This document shows, piece by piece, positions 50,059-59,047 of a stretch of DNA of 64,000 bases. Source of the DNA: Bacteroidota bacterium (GTDB taxonomy: Bacteria > Bacteroidota > Bacteroidia > 2-12-FULL-35-15); the NCBI GenBank assembly GCA_021323165.1, contig JAJTCJ010000017.1, positions 8,645 to 72,644 of the forward strand, in the 5' to 3' direction. The number at the start of each line of letters is the position of its first letter. The stretch's first letter is position 1. The notes under the pieces are model-generated. The model did no database searches, was not told the DNA's origin, and worked only from the letters and a program-made list of their open reading frames with translations. Made by a program: the position numbers and the translations under genes.

Positions 50059-50089
50059 CTTTTCGGATTTAAAATTACAGACGGCATTC

Positions 50090-50105
50090 AGCAATTGGAA
50101 TGCCA
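50090..50105 (-). promoter_or_regulatory. Putative sigma-54 (-24/-12) promoter
   Basis: TGGCATTCCAATTGCT with exact GG-N10-GC spacing, 32 nt upstream of ATG 50058. Confidence 0.6.
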
Positions 50106-50132
50106 AATAACTTATTGAATTGCCAATAGATG

Positions 50133-51320
50133 TTAATTTATCTCGGAAAGGCTGGATAGAATTATGTCGCAGGAAGTTCTTATTTCTTCATGTGAAATTG
50201 TTAATGGTGGAGCTATTCTCATTGAATGAGAATTAAAAAGGAACCAGTCTGTTAAACAACCATTCTTTATACACTTATCAATGATCATTTTATTTTGTTC
50301 ATAATTCTCAAATTCAACCGCTAGCAAAAGTCCTTTCCCATTTATTGATCTGATCAAAGGATGAATTAAAAGTGATCTGAATAACAATTCCTTTTCATGA
50401 ACAGAATCAACAAGCTTTTCATCCAGCAAAACATTCAATGTTGCAAGGCTAGCTGCACAGCTTACTGGATGACCTCCAAAAGTTGTAATGTGACCTAACA
50501 CCGGATTATTGGTAAGTACATTCATTATTTTTTGTGAAGAAATAAATACCCCAATAGGCATACCTCCGCCAAGTCCTTTAGCAAGACATAAAATATCCGG
50601 AGTGAAATCATATTGCTCAAACGCAAACATTGACCCTGTACGTCCAAATCCGCACTGGATCTCATCAGCAACCAACAGGGCTCCTACCCGATCACATTGT
50701 TCACGCAATTTTTTAAGAAAATTATTTTGCGGGATAACAGCGCCTGCTTCTCCCTGAATAGGTTCAACAATTACACAGGCTGTTTTTTCAGTGATGTATT
50801 TCAGATCTTCTTCCGAATTAAATCTGATTGATCTTGTATCCGGTAAAAGCGGGCGGAATGCATTTTTAAATTCCTCGCTTCCCATAATACTCAGGCTTCC
50901 CTGGGAACTTCCGTGATATGCATGTTTAAAGGAAATAATCTCCGTTCTTCCTGTGGCTCGTTTGGCAAGTTTCATAGCCCCTTCAATTGCTTCAGTTCCT
51001 GAATTAACGAAATAAACAGAAGTTAAATTATCAGGAAGTATCGCAGCTAATGCTTTGGCTAATCGGGTTTGCGAAGTTTGTATAAACTCACCATAAACCA
51101 TCAGGTGCATATATTTATCAAGTTGATCCTTAATTGCAGTCACAACCTTAGGATGTCGATGCCCCACATTGCTCACAGAAATTCCTGATATAAGATCAAT
51201 GTATTTTTTACCGTCAGCATCAAACAGATGAACTCCTTCCGCTTTTACAATTTCAAGTGCAAGAGGAGAATCACTTGTTTGTGCAACGTGATTAAAAAAG
51301 ATCTGACGATTGGTAAGCAT
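50133..51320 (-). CDS. Class III PLP aminotransferase (acetylornithine aminotransferase-like)
   Basis: NSGTEAIEGA, YHG, EPIQGE, DEIQCGFGRTG, AKGLGGG. Confidence 0.92.
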   Translation of the reverse strand: MLTNRQIFFNHVAQTSDSPLALEIVKAEGVHLFDADGKKYIDLISGISVSNVGHRHPKVVTAIKDQLDKYMHLMVYGEFIQTSQTRLAKALAAILPDNLTSVYFVNSGTEAIEGAMKLAKRATGRTEIISFKHAYHGSSQGSLSIMGSEEFKNAFRPLLPDTRSIRFNSEEDLKYITEKTACVIVEPIQGEAGAVIPQNNFLKKLREQCDRVGALLVADEIQCGFGRTGSMFAFEQYDFTPDILCLAKGLGGGMPIGVFISSQKIMNVLTNNPVLGHITTFGGHPVSCAASLATLNVLLDEKLVDSVHEKELLFRSLLIHPLIRSINGKGLLLAVEFENYEQNKMIIDKCIKNGCLTDWFLFNSHSMRIAPPLTISHEEIRTSCDIILSSLSEIN

Positions 51321-51370
51321 TGCGCAAAGTTATGTTTTTTAGGTATCAAAAAAAATTCGTTAATTGCAGT

Positions 51371-52738
51371 ATGCTTTATGGAATATTGAAACTATTAATG
51401 AAAGGAACTACACAGGTTTTCTTTCGAAGCATTACCATAAAAAATAAAGATACTGTTCCTGCAGAAGGTCCGGTAATTTTTCTTGCAAATCACCCCAGCA
51501 CCTTTATGGATCCTATTGTGATCGCAAGCGTCCTGAACCGGGAAGTATTTTTTCTTGGCAAAGGAGAACTCTTTAAAAACGGTTTGGCAAAATGGCTTCT
51601 TCCAAAACTCAATATGATCCCGGTTTACAGAAAACAGGATGATCCAACCCAGATGAACAAGAATGCAGAAACTTTCAATAAATGCTTTGAACATCTCGAA
51701 AATGGAGGTGCAATCCTTATTTTTCCAGAAGGCATAAGCATTACCGAACGAAAGCTTAAGCCAATAAAGACAGGTGCTGCGCGAATTGCACTTGGGGCTG
51801 AATCAAGAAATAATTTTTCTCTCGGAGTTAAGATCGTCAATATCGGTTTGAATTATGCTGATCCGCATAAGTTCAGTCGTGACCTTTTCATTAATATACA
51901 AGATCCTTTCAGAGTAGCGGATTATAAAGAACAATTTGTGCAGGACGAGTTTGCTGCTGCCGAAAAACTAACGGAAGAGATTCGCATGCAATTGGAAGGC
52001 GTTGTCATTTCCATTCAGGATTCAAAAACAGAAGAGCTTGTTAAAGATATTGAGACACTTTATAAATATGACCTGAAAAAAGCCAGAGGAGTATCTGGCA
52101 AAGATAGCGAAACGGAATTTTCGATAACTCAGAATATAATAAAAGCTGTTGATTATTTTTCTGAATCGGATCCGGAGTTCGTAAAAAACATGAGAACAAG
52201 GATCAGAAATTACATTGAGAGTCTCAAAGAATTAAATATTCATGATGAGGATATCAGCCGTAACAGATCAAACCCAAGTTTTATAGGAACCAATATCCGC
52301 TCACTGTTATTTCTGATCCTTGGCCTGCCTGTTTATCTTTATGGACTCATTAACAACTTTCTACCATTCGAAATTCCGGGATTGTTAGCTGGAAGAATAG
52401 CACAGAAAGATTTTCGCGGGGCAATCGGAATGGTACTTGGAATGTTTACCTTCATTATCTTTTATAGTGTTCAGATAGCGCTTGTACATCATTACTTTAA
52501 CCAAACTATAATAACCATTTCATATGCTTTAAGTCTTCCCTTAAGCGGGTTCTTTACTTACTATTATTGGCACACGTTTGATAAAATAAAAGCAAAATGG
52601 CTTCTTATTTCTTTGTTCTTCACGCGCAGCACCGCAATCGCGACAAGGATCGCAGAAAGAGAAAGTATTATAGCAGAATTCAATAAAAGAAGAGAGGAAT
52701 TTTTAAAGAAATTTCCAGACGCAATTGCAACGAATTGA
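51371..52738 (+). CDS. Phospholipid/glycerol acyltransferase with C-terminal TM domain
   Basis: NHPSTFMD (HX4D), IPVYR, FPEG motifs. Confidence 0.9.
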   Translation: MLYGILKLLMKGTTQVFFRSITIKNKDTVPAEGPVIFLANHPSTFMDPIVIASVLNREVFFLGKGELFKNGLAKWLLPKLNMIPVYRKQDDPTQMNKNAETFNKCFEHLENGGAILIFPEGISITERKLKPIKTGAARIALGAESRNNFSLGVKIVNIGLNYADPHKFSRDLFINIQDPFRVADYKEQFVQDEFAAAEKLTEEIRMQLEGVVISIQDSKTEELVKDIETLYKYDLKKARGVSGKDSETEFSITQNIIKAVDYFSESDPEFVKNMRTRIRNYIESLKELNIHDEDISRNRSNPSFIGTNIRSLLFLILGLPVYLYGLINNFLPFEIPGLLAGRIAQKDFRGAIGMVLGMFTFIIFYSVQIALVHHYFNQTIITISYALSLPLSGFFTYYYWHTFDKIKAKWLLISLFFTRSTAIATRIAERESIIAEFNKRREEFLKKFPDAIATN

Positions 52739-53009
52739 ATACAATAATGATTAGAAAATAAAATACTTATTTAAACTTTTTGAAGGCAAAAAGTTACAAA
52801 AACCTTTTCTTTTCATTAGGGGATTTCTTCTTTCGCTTTGCTACAGAAGAACCGCGGTTAAATTGATTGCAAACACATTCCGCTCCGCAATGTTTATTCT
52901 TGCTACAATCATTTCCCGCTATCCCTGAATAAAAAGAAATCTCCACCTTAAGAGTACAAACTCCATTTTTAATAATTAAAATTATTAATGATATCAAAGG
53001 TCAAATCCG

Positions 53010-53189
53010 GAGCAGCGCGCGCGGCCTGACTGAATACGATGCCATTTAGCGGTGAACGTGATTTTTTCAGAAAATCATAATGAGAGCTTCAGTTCTCGTA
53101 GTTTAGATTTTCGAAAAAAATCATGAGAGGCGGGAAGGAATTATTCAGTCTTGATTTTTTGTTTCTTTTGTATCAAGACAAAAGAAAGA
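53010..53189. repeat. Long nested inverted-repeat intergenic element
   Basis: GACTGAATA/TATTCAGTC outer stem; inner TGATTTTTTCAGAAAATC/GATTTTCGAAAAAAATCA; GAGAGC-TTCA-GTTCTC apex; TTTCTTTTGT/ACAAAAGAAA hairpin. Confidence 0.6.
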
Positions 53190-53242
53190 AGCAAGAGAAA
53201 GAATACACCACTATACCTCTTTGCATAAAAGACAAGAAAAAT

Positions 53243-53268
53243 AAAAAGCTCAGGCTTTCACCTGAGCT
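53243..53268 (-). terminator. Terminator of the DUF4349 gene
   Basis: AGCTCAGG/CCTGAGCT stem with A-tract. Confidence 0.7.
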
Positions 53269-53273
53269 ATGAT

Positions 53274-54170
53274 TCATTTTTTCGTGTTTCTTTTGATGAA
53301 CTTATAAAGAAGATATCCTCCTGCCGTAAGGATCAACCATAAAGGCCATGCATACATCATTCCAACAAGAAACGATAAGAATCCATTCCAGCCATTACCG
53401 AAAGCATTACCCATTCTACCAAAAAATCCGGGGCGAGCTTCCGGAGTGTATTCAAAATCCTGGTGAAAGCTAAGATTTATAGTGCTGTAGTCTACCTGAT
53501 CATTCAGAAACTTTAACTGGCCTTCTTTTGCTTCTATTTCTTCACGGATAACTCTCAGCTGATCTTCTACTTCAAGAATATCACTCACTTTATTTGCTTT
53601 CTGTAGAATTTCAAGATATCGTTTCTCCACTTCTTTCTTGCTTTTTAATCTTGCTGTAATATCAACAAACTCTGCAGTCACATCTTCTGTGTAAACATTC
53701 TTAGAATTAACATTTCCTTTAATGAAGGAAATATTGCTTACCATACTATCAAAATCTTTATTCGCTACGCGAATTACCATCGAATTAGAAATGTTGTAGG
53801 TATTGTTTTGTTCGTTTTCCCCGCTAATATAGGCTCTGCCAGACTTCACTATTTTTTCAATTGAAGCTCTGGCCTGATGGTAATCGTCAACTGTAATATT
53901 AAGATCCGCAGTTTTCCGGATCTTCTCCACTATCTTTTCTTTTGGAGTTGAGCCGTTTAATTCCAATTGCTTTTTATCATTTTCACTGTTCCCTGCAAAA
54001 TCAGAAGTAACAGGTGGTGTAAAACTGACCTTTTCTGACATTGGAGCAGGTTCTGTATCCAAAGAAGAGATAGATTCTTTAGCTTCGTGACGGTAATTAC
54101 CCTTGTCACATGCAACAAGGAAAACCGCTGAAAGAAGAAATAAGCGTGCAAAAAATTTGATTGATTTCAT
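53274..54170 (-). CDS. DUF4349 domain lipoprotein
   Basis: Lipobox LVAC; KIRKTADL, DVTAEFVDITARL, coiled coil, YSTINL; C-terminal TM. Confidence 0.88.
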   Translation of the reverse strand: MKSIKFFARLFLLSAVFLVACDKGNYRHEAKESISSLDTEPAPMSEKVSFTPPVTSDFAGNSENDKKQLELNGSTPKEKIVEKIRKTADLNITVDDYHQARASIEKIVKSGRAYISGENEQNNTYNISNSMVIRVANKDFDSMVSNISFIKGNVNSKNVYTEDVTAEFVDITARLKSKKEVEKRYLEILQKANKVSDILEVEDQLRVIREEIEAKEGQLKFLNDQVDYSTINLSFHQDFEYTPEARPGFFGRMGNAFGNGWNGFLSFLVGMMYAWPLWLILTAGGYLLYKFIKRNTKK

Positions 54171-54302
54171 GGTTTGTGTTTTTGGAGGTTAGAACGACTT
54201 GTATGATTAAATATTACAAACAAAAGATGCATTGTTTAAAATATTCCATAAACATGCTTAAAGGCATATTTGCTTTTAGTAATTTTAGAAAAAATAGAGA
54301 TC

Positions 54303-54737
54303 ATGAGTATTTGGTTCAGGGACTATAAAATTGAAGATCTTCAGTGGATGCTGAAAGACAATATGTGTGAAAGGATTGGTATCGAGATCACAGAGATCAC
54401 CGAAAATTCACTTAAAGGAAAAATGCCTGTTGATCATCGTACAGTGCAGCCGATGAACATTCTTCACGGAGGAGCTTCAGTCGCATTGGCCGAATCGCTT
54501 GGAAGTATTGCATCCAACCTCATAATAGACAACAGTAAATTTGCCTGCGTAGGGTTGGATATTAATGCAAACCATCTCAGGCCTGCCAGCAGCGGATATG
54601 TTTACGCTGAAGCCAAAGTGATACACATGGGAAAGAAAACCCATGTTTGGAGTATTGAGATCAAAAATGAGAAGGAACAACTTGTTTGTATCAGCAGACT
54701 AACAATGGCTGTAATTGAAGTTGTTGGAAAAGGTTAA
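54303..54737 (+). CDS. PaaI/hotdog thioesterase (MenI/YdiI-like)
   Basis: QPMNILHGGASVALAES, GLDINANHLR. Confidence 0.9.
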   Translation: MSIWFRDYKIEDLQWMLKDNMCERIGIEITEITENSLKGKMPVDHRTVQPMNILHGGASVALAESLGSIASNLIIDNSKFACVGLDINANHLRPASSGYVYAEAKVIHMGKKTHVWSIEIKNEKEQLVCISRLTMAVIEVVGKG

Positions 54738-54890
54738 GTTTAATAGGTTATTGGTTAATTTGGGGAATCATAATAAAAAAAAGACGGAAAGATAAACAGG
54801 AATAAGTCAAAGGATAGTACACTAAAATTTGAAATAATAGAAGTATCCTACTTCTAAAATTCAACAAATCTCTAAATCAACAATTGTATT

Positions 54891-55127
54891 ATGTGGAAAG
54901 AAGAAAACAATACATTAAACAGAAGCTTTGAATTCAGTAATTTTATTGAAGCATTTGCTTTTATGACCAAAGTGGCATTCCTGGCGGAGAAAGCTAACCA
55001 TCATCCAAATTGGAGTAATGTCTATAACAAAGTAAATATTTCACTGAATACACATGACGCAGGAAATATAGTCACTGAAAAAGACAGAAAGCTGGCAGAA
55101 GCTATTGATAAGATCTATGGGAAATAA
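54891..55127 (+). CDS. Pterin-4-alpha-carbinolamine dehydratase
   Basis: [22 protein letters not shown]...THD. Confidence 0.93.
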   Translation: MWKEENNTLNRSFEFSNFIEAFAFMTKVAFLAEKANHHPNWSNVYNKVNISLNTHDAGNIVTEKDRKLAEAIDKIYGK

Positions 55128-56619
55128 TAAGAAATTTCAGATTTCAGATTCCAGATTAAGTGCCTTGCTTTCAGTAGCTTTTATTTTTATAAGCCAGATC
55201 CTTTTTTCTCAGAGCTTTTTAAAATTAAAAACAGAAACAGAATTCCTAAAAAAAGATCCGGCTCTTAAACATGCAGCCTGGAGTGTATGTGTGATGAATT
55301 CTAAAAAGGATACTGCTATCTTCGAATATAACAGTGAAGCAAGTCTTATACCCGCAAGCACATTAAAGATAGTAACCACCGGAGCGGCATTATCTATATT
55401 AGGAAGTGATTTTATGTTTCAAACCCGTCTTGAATTTGATGGAACTTTTGATACCATCAACGGAACCTTAAAAGGGAATCTTTACATACATGGTGGCGGG
55501 GATCCGACACTCGAGTCCGAATATTTCAGGGATAAAAAAGACAGTCTAACCACACTAGAAAAATGGGCTTTAATCTTAAAGGCGAAAGGGCTCAAAAAAA
55601 TAGAAGGAGCCATCATAGGTGATGCTTCTATATTTGAAGATAACATGACGCCCGGGCAATGGATCTGGAGTGATATGGGAAATTATTTTGGAGCCGGTGC
55701 ATGCGGCTTAACTTATCATGACAATAAATACACTGCTTATTTCAGGACCGGGCTTTCAGGTACAAAGGCAAATCTCATAAAGATCGCTCCTGCTGTTGAA
55801 GGACTAAAGTTCGTTAACAATGTAACTGCAGGAGGGAGCGATGATAATGCATTTATCTATGGTTCGCAATACAGCTATTACCGCAATGCGCAAGGAACTA
55901 TCCCTCCTAATAAAAACAATTATGAAGTAGATGGTTCTATTCCCGATCCCGCTTTATTTTGCGCTGAAAAATTCACAACGGCATTACAAAACATTGATGT
56001 AAAAGTGGAAAAGAAACCTTCCACTGTAAGAGCGTTAAAAGAATCAAATGATAGTATAAACAAGAACAGAAAAGTGCTGCATACCCATTACTCTCCTACT
56101 CTCGATAAGATCGTTTATTATACAAACCTCAAGAGTAATAATCTTTATGCAGAACATCTGTTGAAATACATTTGCTACACAAAAAAAGGTTTCGGATCAG
56201 GATCAGATGGAACAGATATTATTACCAATTTCTGGAAAAGCAAAGGTGTGGATGTAAAGGGTTTTTTTATGAATGATGGATGCGGACTTGCACGCGCAAA
56301 TGTTATCACGACAAAAACAGAAACACAGATCCTTAGATTGATGTCGAAAGACAAAAACTTTAACGCTTTTTATAATTCATTACCTGTTGCAGGGAAATCA
56401 GGATCATTAGGGAACCTTTGCGAAGGTACATGCGCAGAAAACAATTTACGCGCCAAGAGCGGTTATATTACGCGTGCGAGAGGATATGCAGGATATGTCA
56501 AAAATAAAAAAGGAGAGATGCTGTGTTTTTCTGTAATCGCAAATAATTATGAATACTCTCCATCCGAAATGAAAAAGAAACTGGAAAAGATTTTAGTGGC
56601 TATCGCGGAATCAGAATAA
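55117..56619 (+). CDS. dacB: D-alanyl-D-alanine carboxypeptidase/endopeptidase (PBP4, S13)
   Basis: PASTLK (SxxK), GGGDPTL, SNNLYAE (SxN), AKSG. Confidence 0.93.
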   Translation: MGNNKKFQISDSRLSALLSVAFIFISQILFSQSFLKLKTETEFLKKDPALKHAAWSVCVMNSKKDTAIFEYNSEASLIPASTLKIVTTGAALSILGSDFMFQTRLEFDGTFDTINGTLKGNLYIHGGGDPTLESEYFRDKKDSLTTLEKWALILKAKGLKKIEGAIIGDASIFEDNMTPGQWIWSDMGNYFGAGACGLTYHDNKYTAYFRTGLSGTKANLIKIAPAVEGLKFVNNVTAGGSDDNAFIYGSQYSYYRNAQGTIPPNKNNYEVDGSIPDPALFCAEKFTTALQNIDVKVEKKPSTVRALKESNDSINKNRKVLHTHYSPTLDKIVYYTNLKSNNLYAEHLLKYICYTKKGFGSGSDGTDIITNFWKSKGVDVKGFFMNDGCGLARANVITTKTETQILRLMSKDKNFNAFYNSLPVAGKSGSLGNLCEGTCAENNLRAKSGYITRARGYAGYVKNKKGEMLCFSVIANNYEYSPSEMKKKLEKILVAIAESE

Positions 56620-56912
56620 AATTTCAGGTTTCAGGTTTTTCACAACTCGCGCCTTGGCGAAGCTTCTGCGGAGCAAGGAAGGCACGAAGACACTAAGAAA
56701 ACACTAAGGAAGGATTTCTGGTTTCAAGTTGAAGGACTCGAATTGTGCGAAGGTCATCCTGAACTTGTTTCAGGATCTGAGGGCTGGTTTTATTTTAGTC
56801 GCAGATAACAGATTAAGTGTGATCCCTTTAAGATCACAGATTATTATCGCTTCGCGATTGATTATCTATGACATCCCAATTACCTTTAACTTTTAACCGT
56901 TAACCTTTAACT
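56620..56912. repeat. Composite intergenic repeat cluster
   Basis: TTTCAGG x2; CACGAAGACACTAAG/ACACTAAG; GTCATCCTGAACTTGTTTCAGGATCT; CAGAT(T/A) repeats; ATCGCTTCGCGAT; (C/T)nnTAAC heptamers. Confidence 0.7.
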
Positions 56913-56917
56913 TATCA

Positions 56918-57709
56918 TCACAACAAACCTTTCTGATACATGGCACAAAGATCCATAGTGATTGCGACAGAATAATGTATTGCAACGCCCATCCAGATGC
57001 TTCTGCTTTTTAAGCTTAGCGTTCCTAATACTATTCCTGCAATGATCGCTGCGATTGTTTCCGGCAAAGGTTTTCCAAAATGGATCATGCAGTAAGGAAT
57101 GGTCATTATAAATACTGAATAAAATCCGAAACGCTGTTTGGTTCCATGAAGCATGAAACCTCTGAAAAAGAATTCCAGAGCAAAGAATTGCAGGAAATAA
57201 AACACTTCCCAAATTATGAAGTTCGGGTAAAAAGGTTCTCCTTTTTGAACATCATAAAATGGATAACGTATCTGGAAGCTTTCAGTACGGGAGAAAAAAA
57301 GAACAAGCGGGATCATGACAATAAGCATGTAAACATATAACTTATAATCTTTAAATGCTCCCTTAAAACTTAAACCATATTCTGAAAGATTCTGACGAAA
57401 CACAAGTTTTATTATCAGTACCGGAAGAACAAAGTAAAACAGTATCATTACGAATACCCAATATAAAAGACGATACAGATGAGCATTATTATTAATGGAC
57501 ATCAGATCTTCATAAGAGGAAGAAAGACTTACAAAACTTGTATTGCTCAGAAATTCAATCATAAACCTGACATTCCCCAGGTATTCGATCATAGTGAGCG
57601 AAACGGCAACAATGATGCAGACAAGCATCACTTTATAATCAGGTATGTCTTTCTTCTGAGATTCTGCTTCAGCTGAAGAAAAGGTATCAGAAAAAATTCG
57701 TTTAATCAT
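56918..57709 (-). CDS. CPBP (CAAX/Abi) intramembrane glutamic protease family
   Basis: Multi-TM; EFFFRG, IHFGKP.PE, AIH motifs. Confidence 0.88.
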   Translation of the reverse strand: MIKRIFSDTFSSAEAESQKKDIPDYKVMLVCIIVAVSLTMIEYLGNVRFMIEFLSNTSFVSLSSSYEDLMSINNNAHLYRLLYWVFVMILFYFVLPVLIIKLVFRQNLSEYGLSFKGAFKDYKLYVYMLIVMIPLVLFFSRTESFQIRYPFYDVQKGEPFYPNFIIWEVFYFLQFFALEFFFRGFMLHGTKQRFGFYSVFIMTIPYCMIHFGKPLPETIAAIIAGIVLGTLSLKSRSIWMGVAIHYSVAITMDLCAMYQKGLL

Positions 57710-58439
57710 ACGTTGGATATTCTACCCAGCCGCGGCACACATCTGATAAATATTGCATTTGGAGCGGCCCGACATAACCTATCCTGTCTGCAAGATTCAA
57801 TAATTTCTCCAGATTAGGAGCTGTTTCAAAATTACGTGTACGAAGGTCAAAAAGTAGATATTCGATTTCGGGATGACCTGCCTTCTGCATTTCCTGAGAC
57901 TGGCTGTTATCCACTTTAATAATGGCAAAATTCTCATCAAATGCGATCTGGGAAACATTGTTTACGAAAACACTGTCTTCCCCGTTTATAACGATATCAC
58001 CAGTTTGCGCAACATTGTTATAAAGAAATTGGAAAGGATATAAGAAAGGAATGATTGTTTTTCCATTCGCATCTTTTACCGGAGGATTATTTATGTAATA
58101 ATCAGCAGGGATCTTATTTTCGTATTTTTCTATGTTGTGCAGCTGCAGACTATCCAGCCATTCCTGACGCTCATCTTTACGTGCCAGGTCTTCTTCCGAA
58201 GTTCTTACGTTTTCCTGTTCTTTCACCCAGTCGATACCATCTTTCACCTTATCAGAAACTTTATGCACCATTTGGTAAACGGATATGATTACCAATATCA
58301 GAGCGATTATAAAACCGATACCCCAGACTACAGCTTTATTACTTCTTCCATTAGCAAGTGAAATAATTGCAAATACAAGAGATACAATGGTCATAAGTCC
58401 ACCGATAATAAGTCCGATCATTATTAGAGCAAAAGACAT
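57702..58439 (-). CDS. Hypothetical membrane protein
   Basis: Two N-terminal TM helices, soluble C-terminal domain; TACTTTTG promoter element at 58463-58470. Confidence 0.75.
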   Translation of the reverse strand: MSFALIMIGLIIGGLMTIVSLVFAIISLANGRSNKAVVWGIGFIIALILVIISVYQMVHKVSDKVKDGIDWVKEQENVRTSEEDLARKDERQEWLDSLQLHNIEKYENKIPADYYINNPPVKDANGKTIIPFLYPFQFLYNNVAQTGDIVINGEDSVFVNNVSQIAFDENFAIIKVDNSQSQEMQKAGHPEIEYLLFDLRTRNFETAPNLEKLLNLADRIGYVGPLQMQYLSDVCRGWVEYPTYD

Positions 58440-58660
58440 ATTTGTTACGTTTTTAGTTTGAGCAAAAGTACATTATAATTCAATATAAGGTTTAAGTCAT
58501 CGGAAGTAGAGTGATTCAAAGGAAATAAAGGGCTGATTTACAAGGGTAAGCAATAAAAAACACATCTTTTTAAGAATAATGTTTGCTGGTATGAAAAAAA
58601 CCTCTATTTTTGCAATCCAATTCTGAGGAATATCGTTCAGTAATTGTACAAAGATTTTGA

Positions 58661-58734
58661 GGTTTGGTAGTTCAGCTGGTTAGAATGCCTGCCTGTCACG
58701 CAGGAGGTCGCGGGTTCGAGTCCCGTCCAGACCG
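58661..58734 (+). tRNA. tRNA-Asp (anticodon GTC)
   Basis: GGTTTGG/CCAGACC acceptor stem; CT-GTC-AC loop; GTTCGAGTC; promoter element TATTTTTG at 58605. Confidence 0.97.
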
Positions 58735-58746
58735 CTCAAAATACAG

Positions 58747-58776
58747 AAGCCCTTCAGGAAACTGAAGGGCTTTTTT
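58747..58776 (+). terminator. Terminator after tRNA-Asp
   Basis: AAGCCCTTCAG/CTGAAGGGCTT stem followed by T-tract. Confidence 0.85.
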
Positions 58777-58786
58777 GTTTAACTAA

Positions 58787-59041
58787 GTTCAGGTTGATTT
58801 GAAAGGCAAACCAACCTCTACACTTCAGGATCTTTATTTTAAGATCGAACATCCATCAGAGGATTCATTGACAATTATGTTCGTTTTTGAAAATGTGAAT
58901 GGCAGTGTTTTCAGGTATCCGAAAAGATTTATCAGGAGCGGACAGCCGCTCACATTTGATGATAATAATTACCGTTTTGAAGGCCCTATCAAAAGCATCA
59001 AGCTCATCTCGGAAGAAGATATAGAGATAACAGTAAACTAA
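58787..59041 (+). pseudogene. Probable 5'-truncated gene fragment
   Basis: Protein-like 80-85 codon frame with only a TTG start, beginning right after the tRNA terminator. Confidence 0.4.
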
Positions 59042-59047
59042 AAACTC

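Noticed and set aside
52794-52997. 67-aa ORF with three Cys
   Set aside because: Non-ATG start, overlaps palindromic repeat sequence, no recognisable family.
56918-57709. CPBP/Abi protein as an abortive-infection or bacteriocin-immunity gene
   Set aside because: The family name alone does not imply defence, and there are no bacteriocin or defence neighbours.
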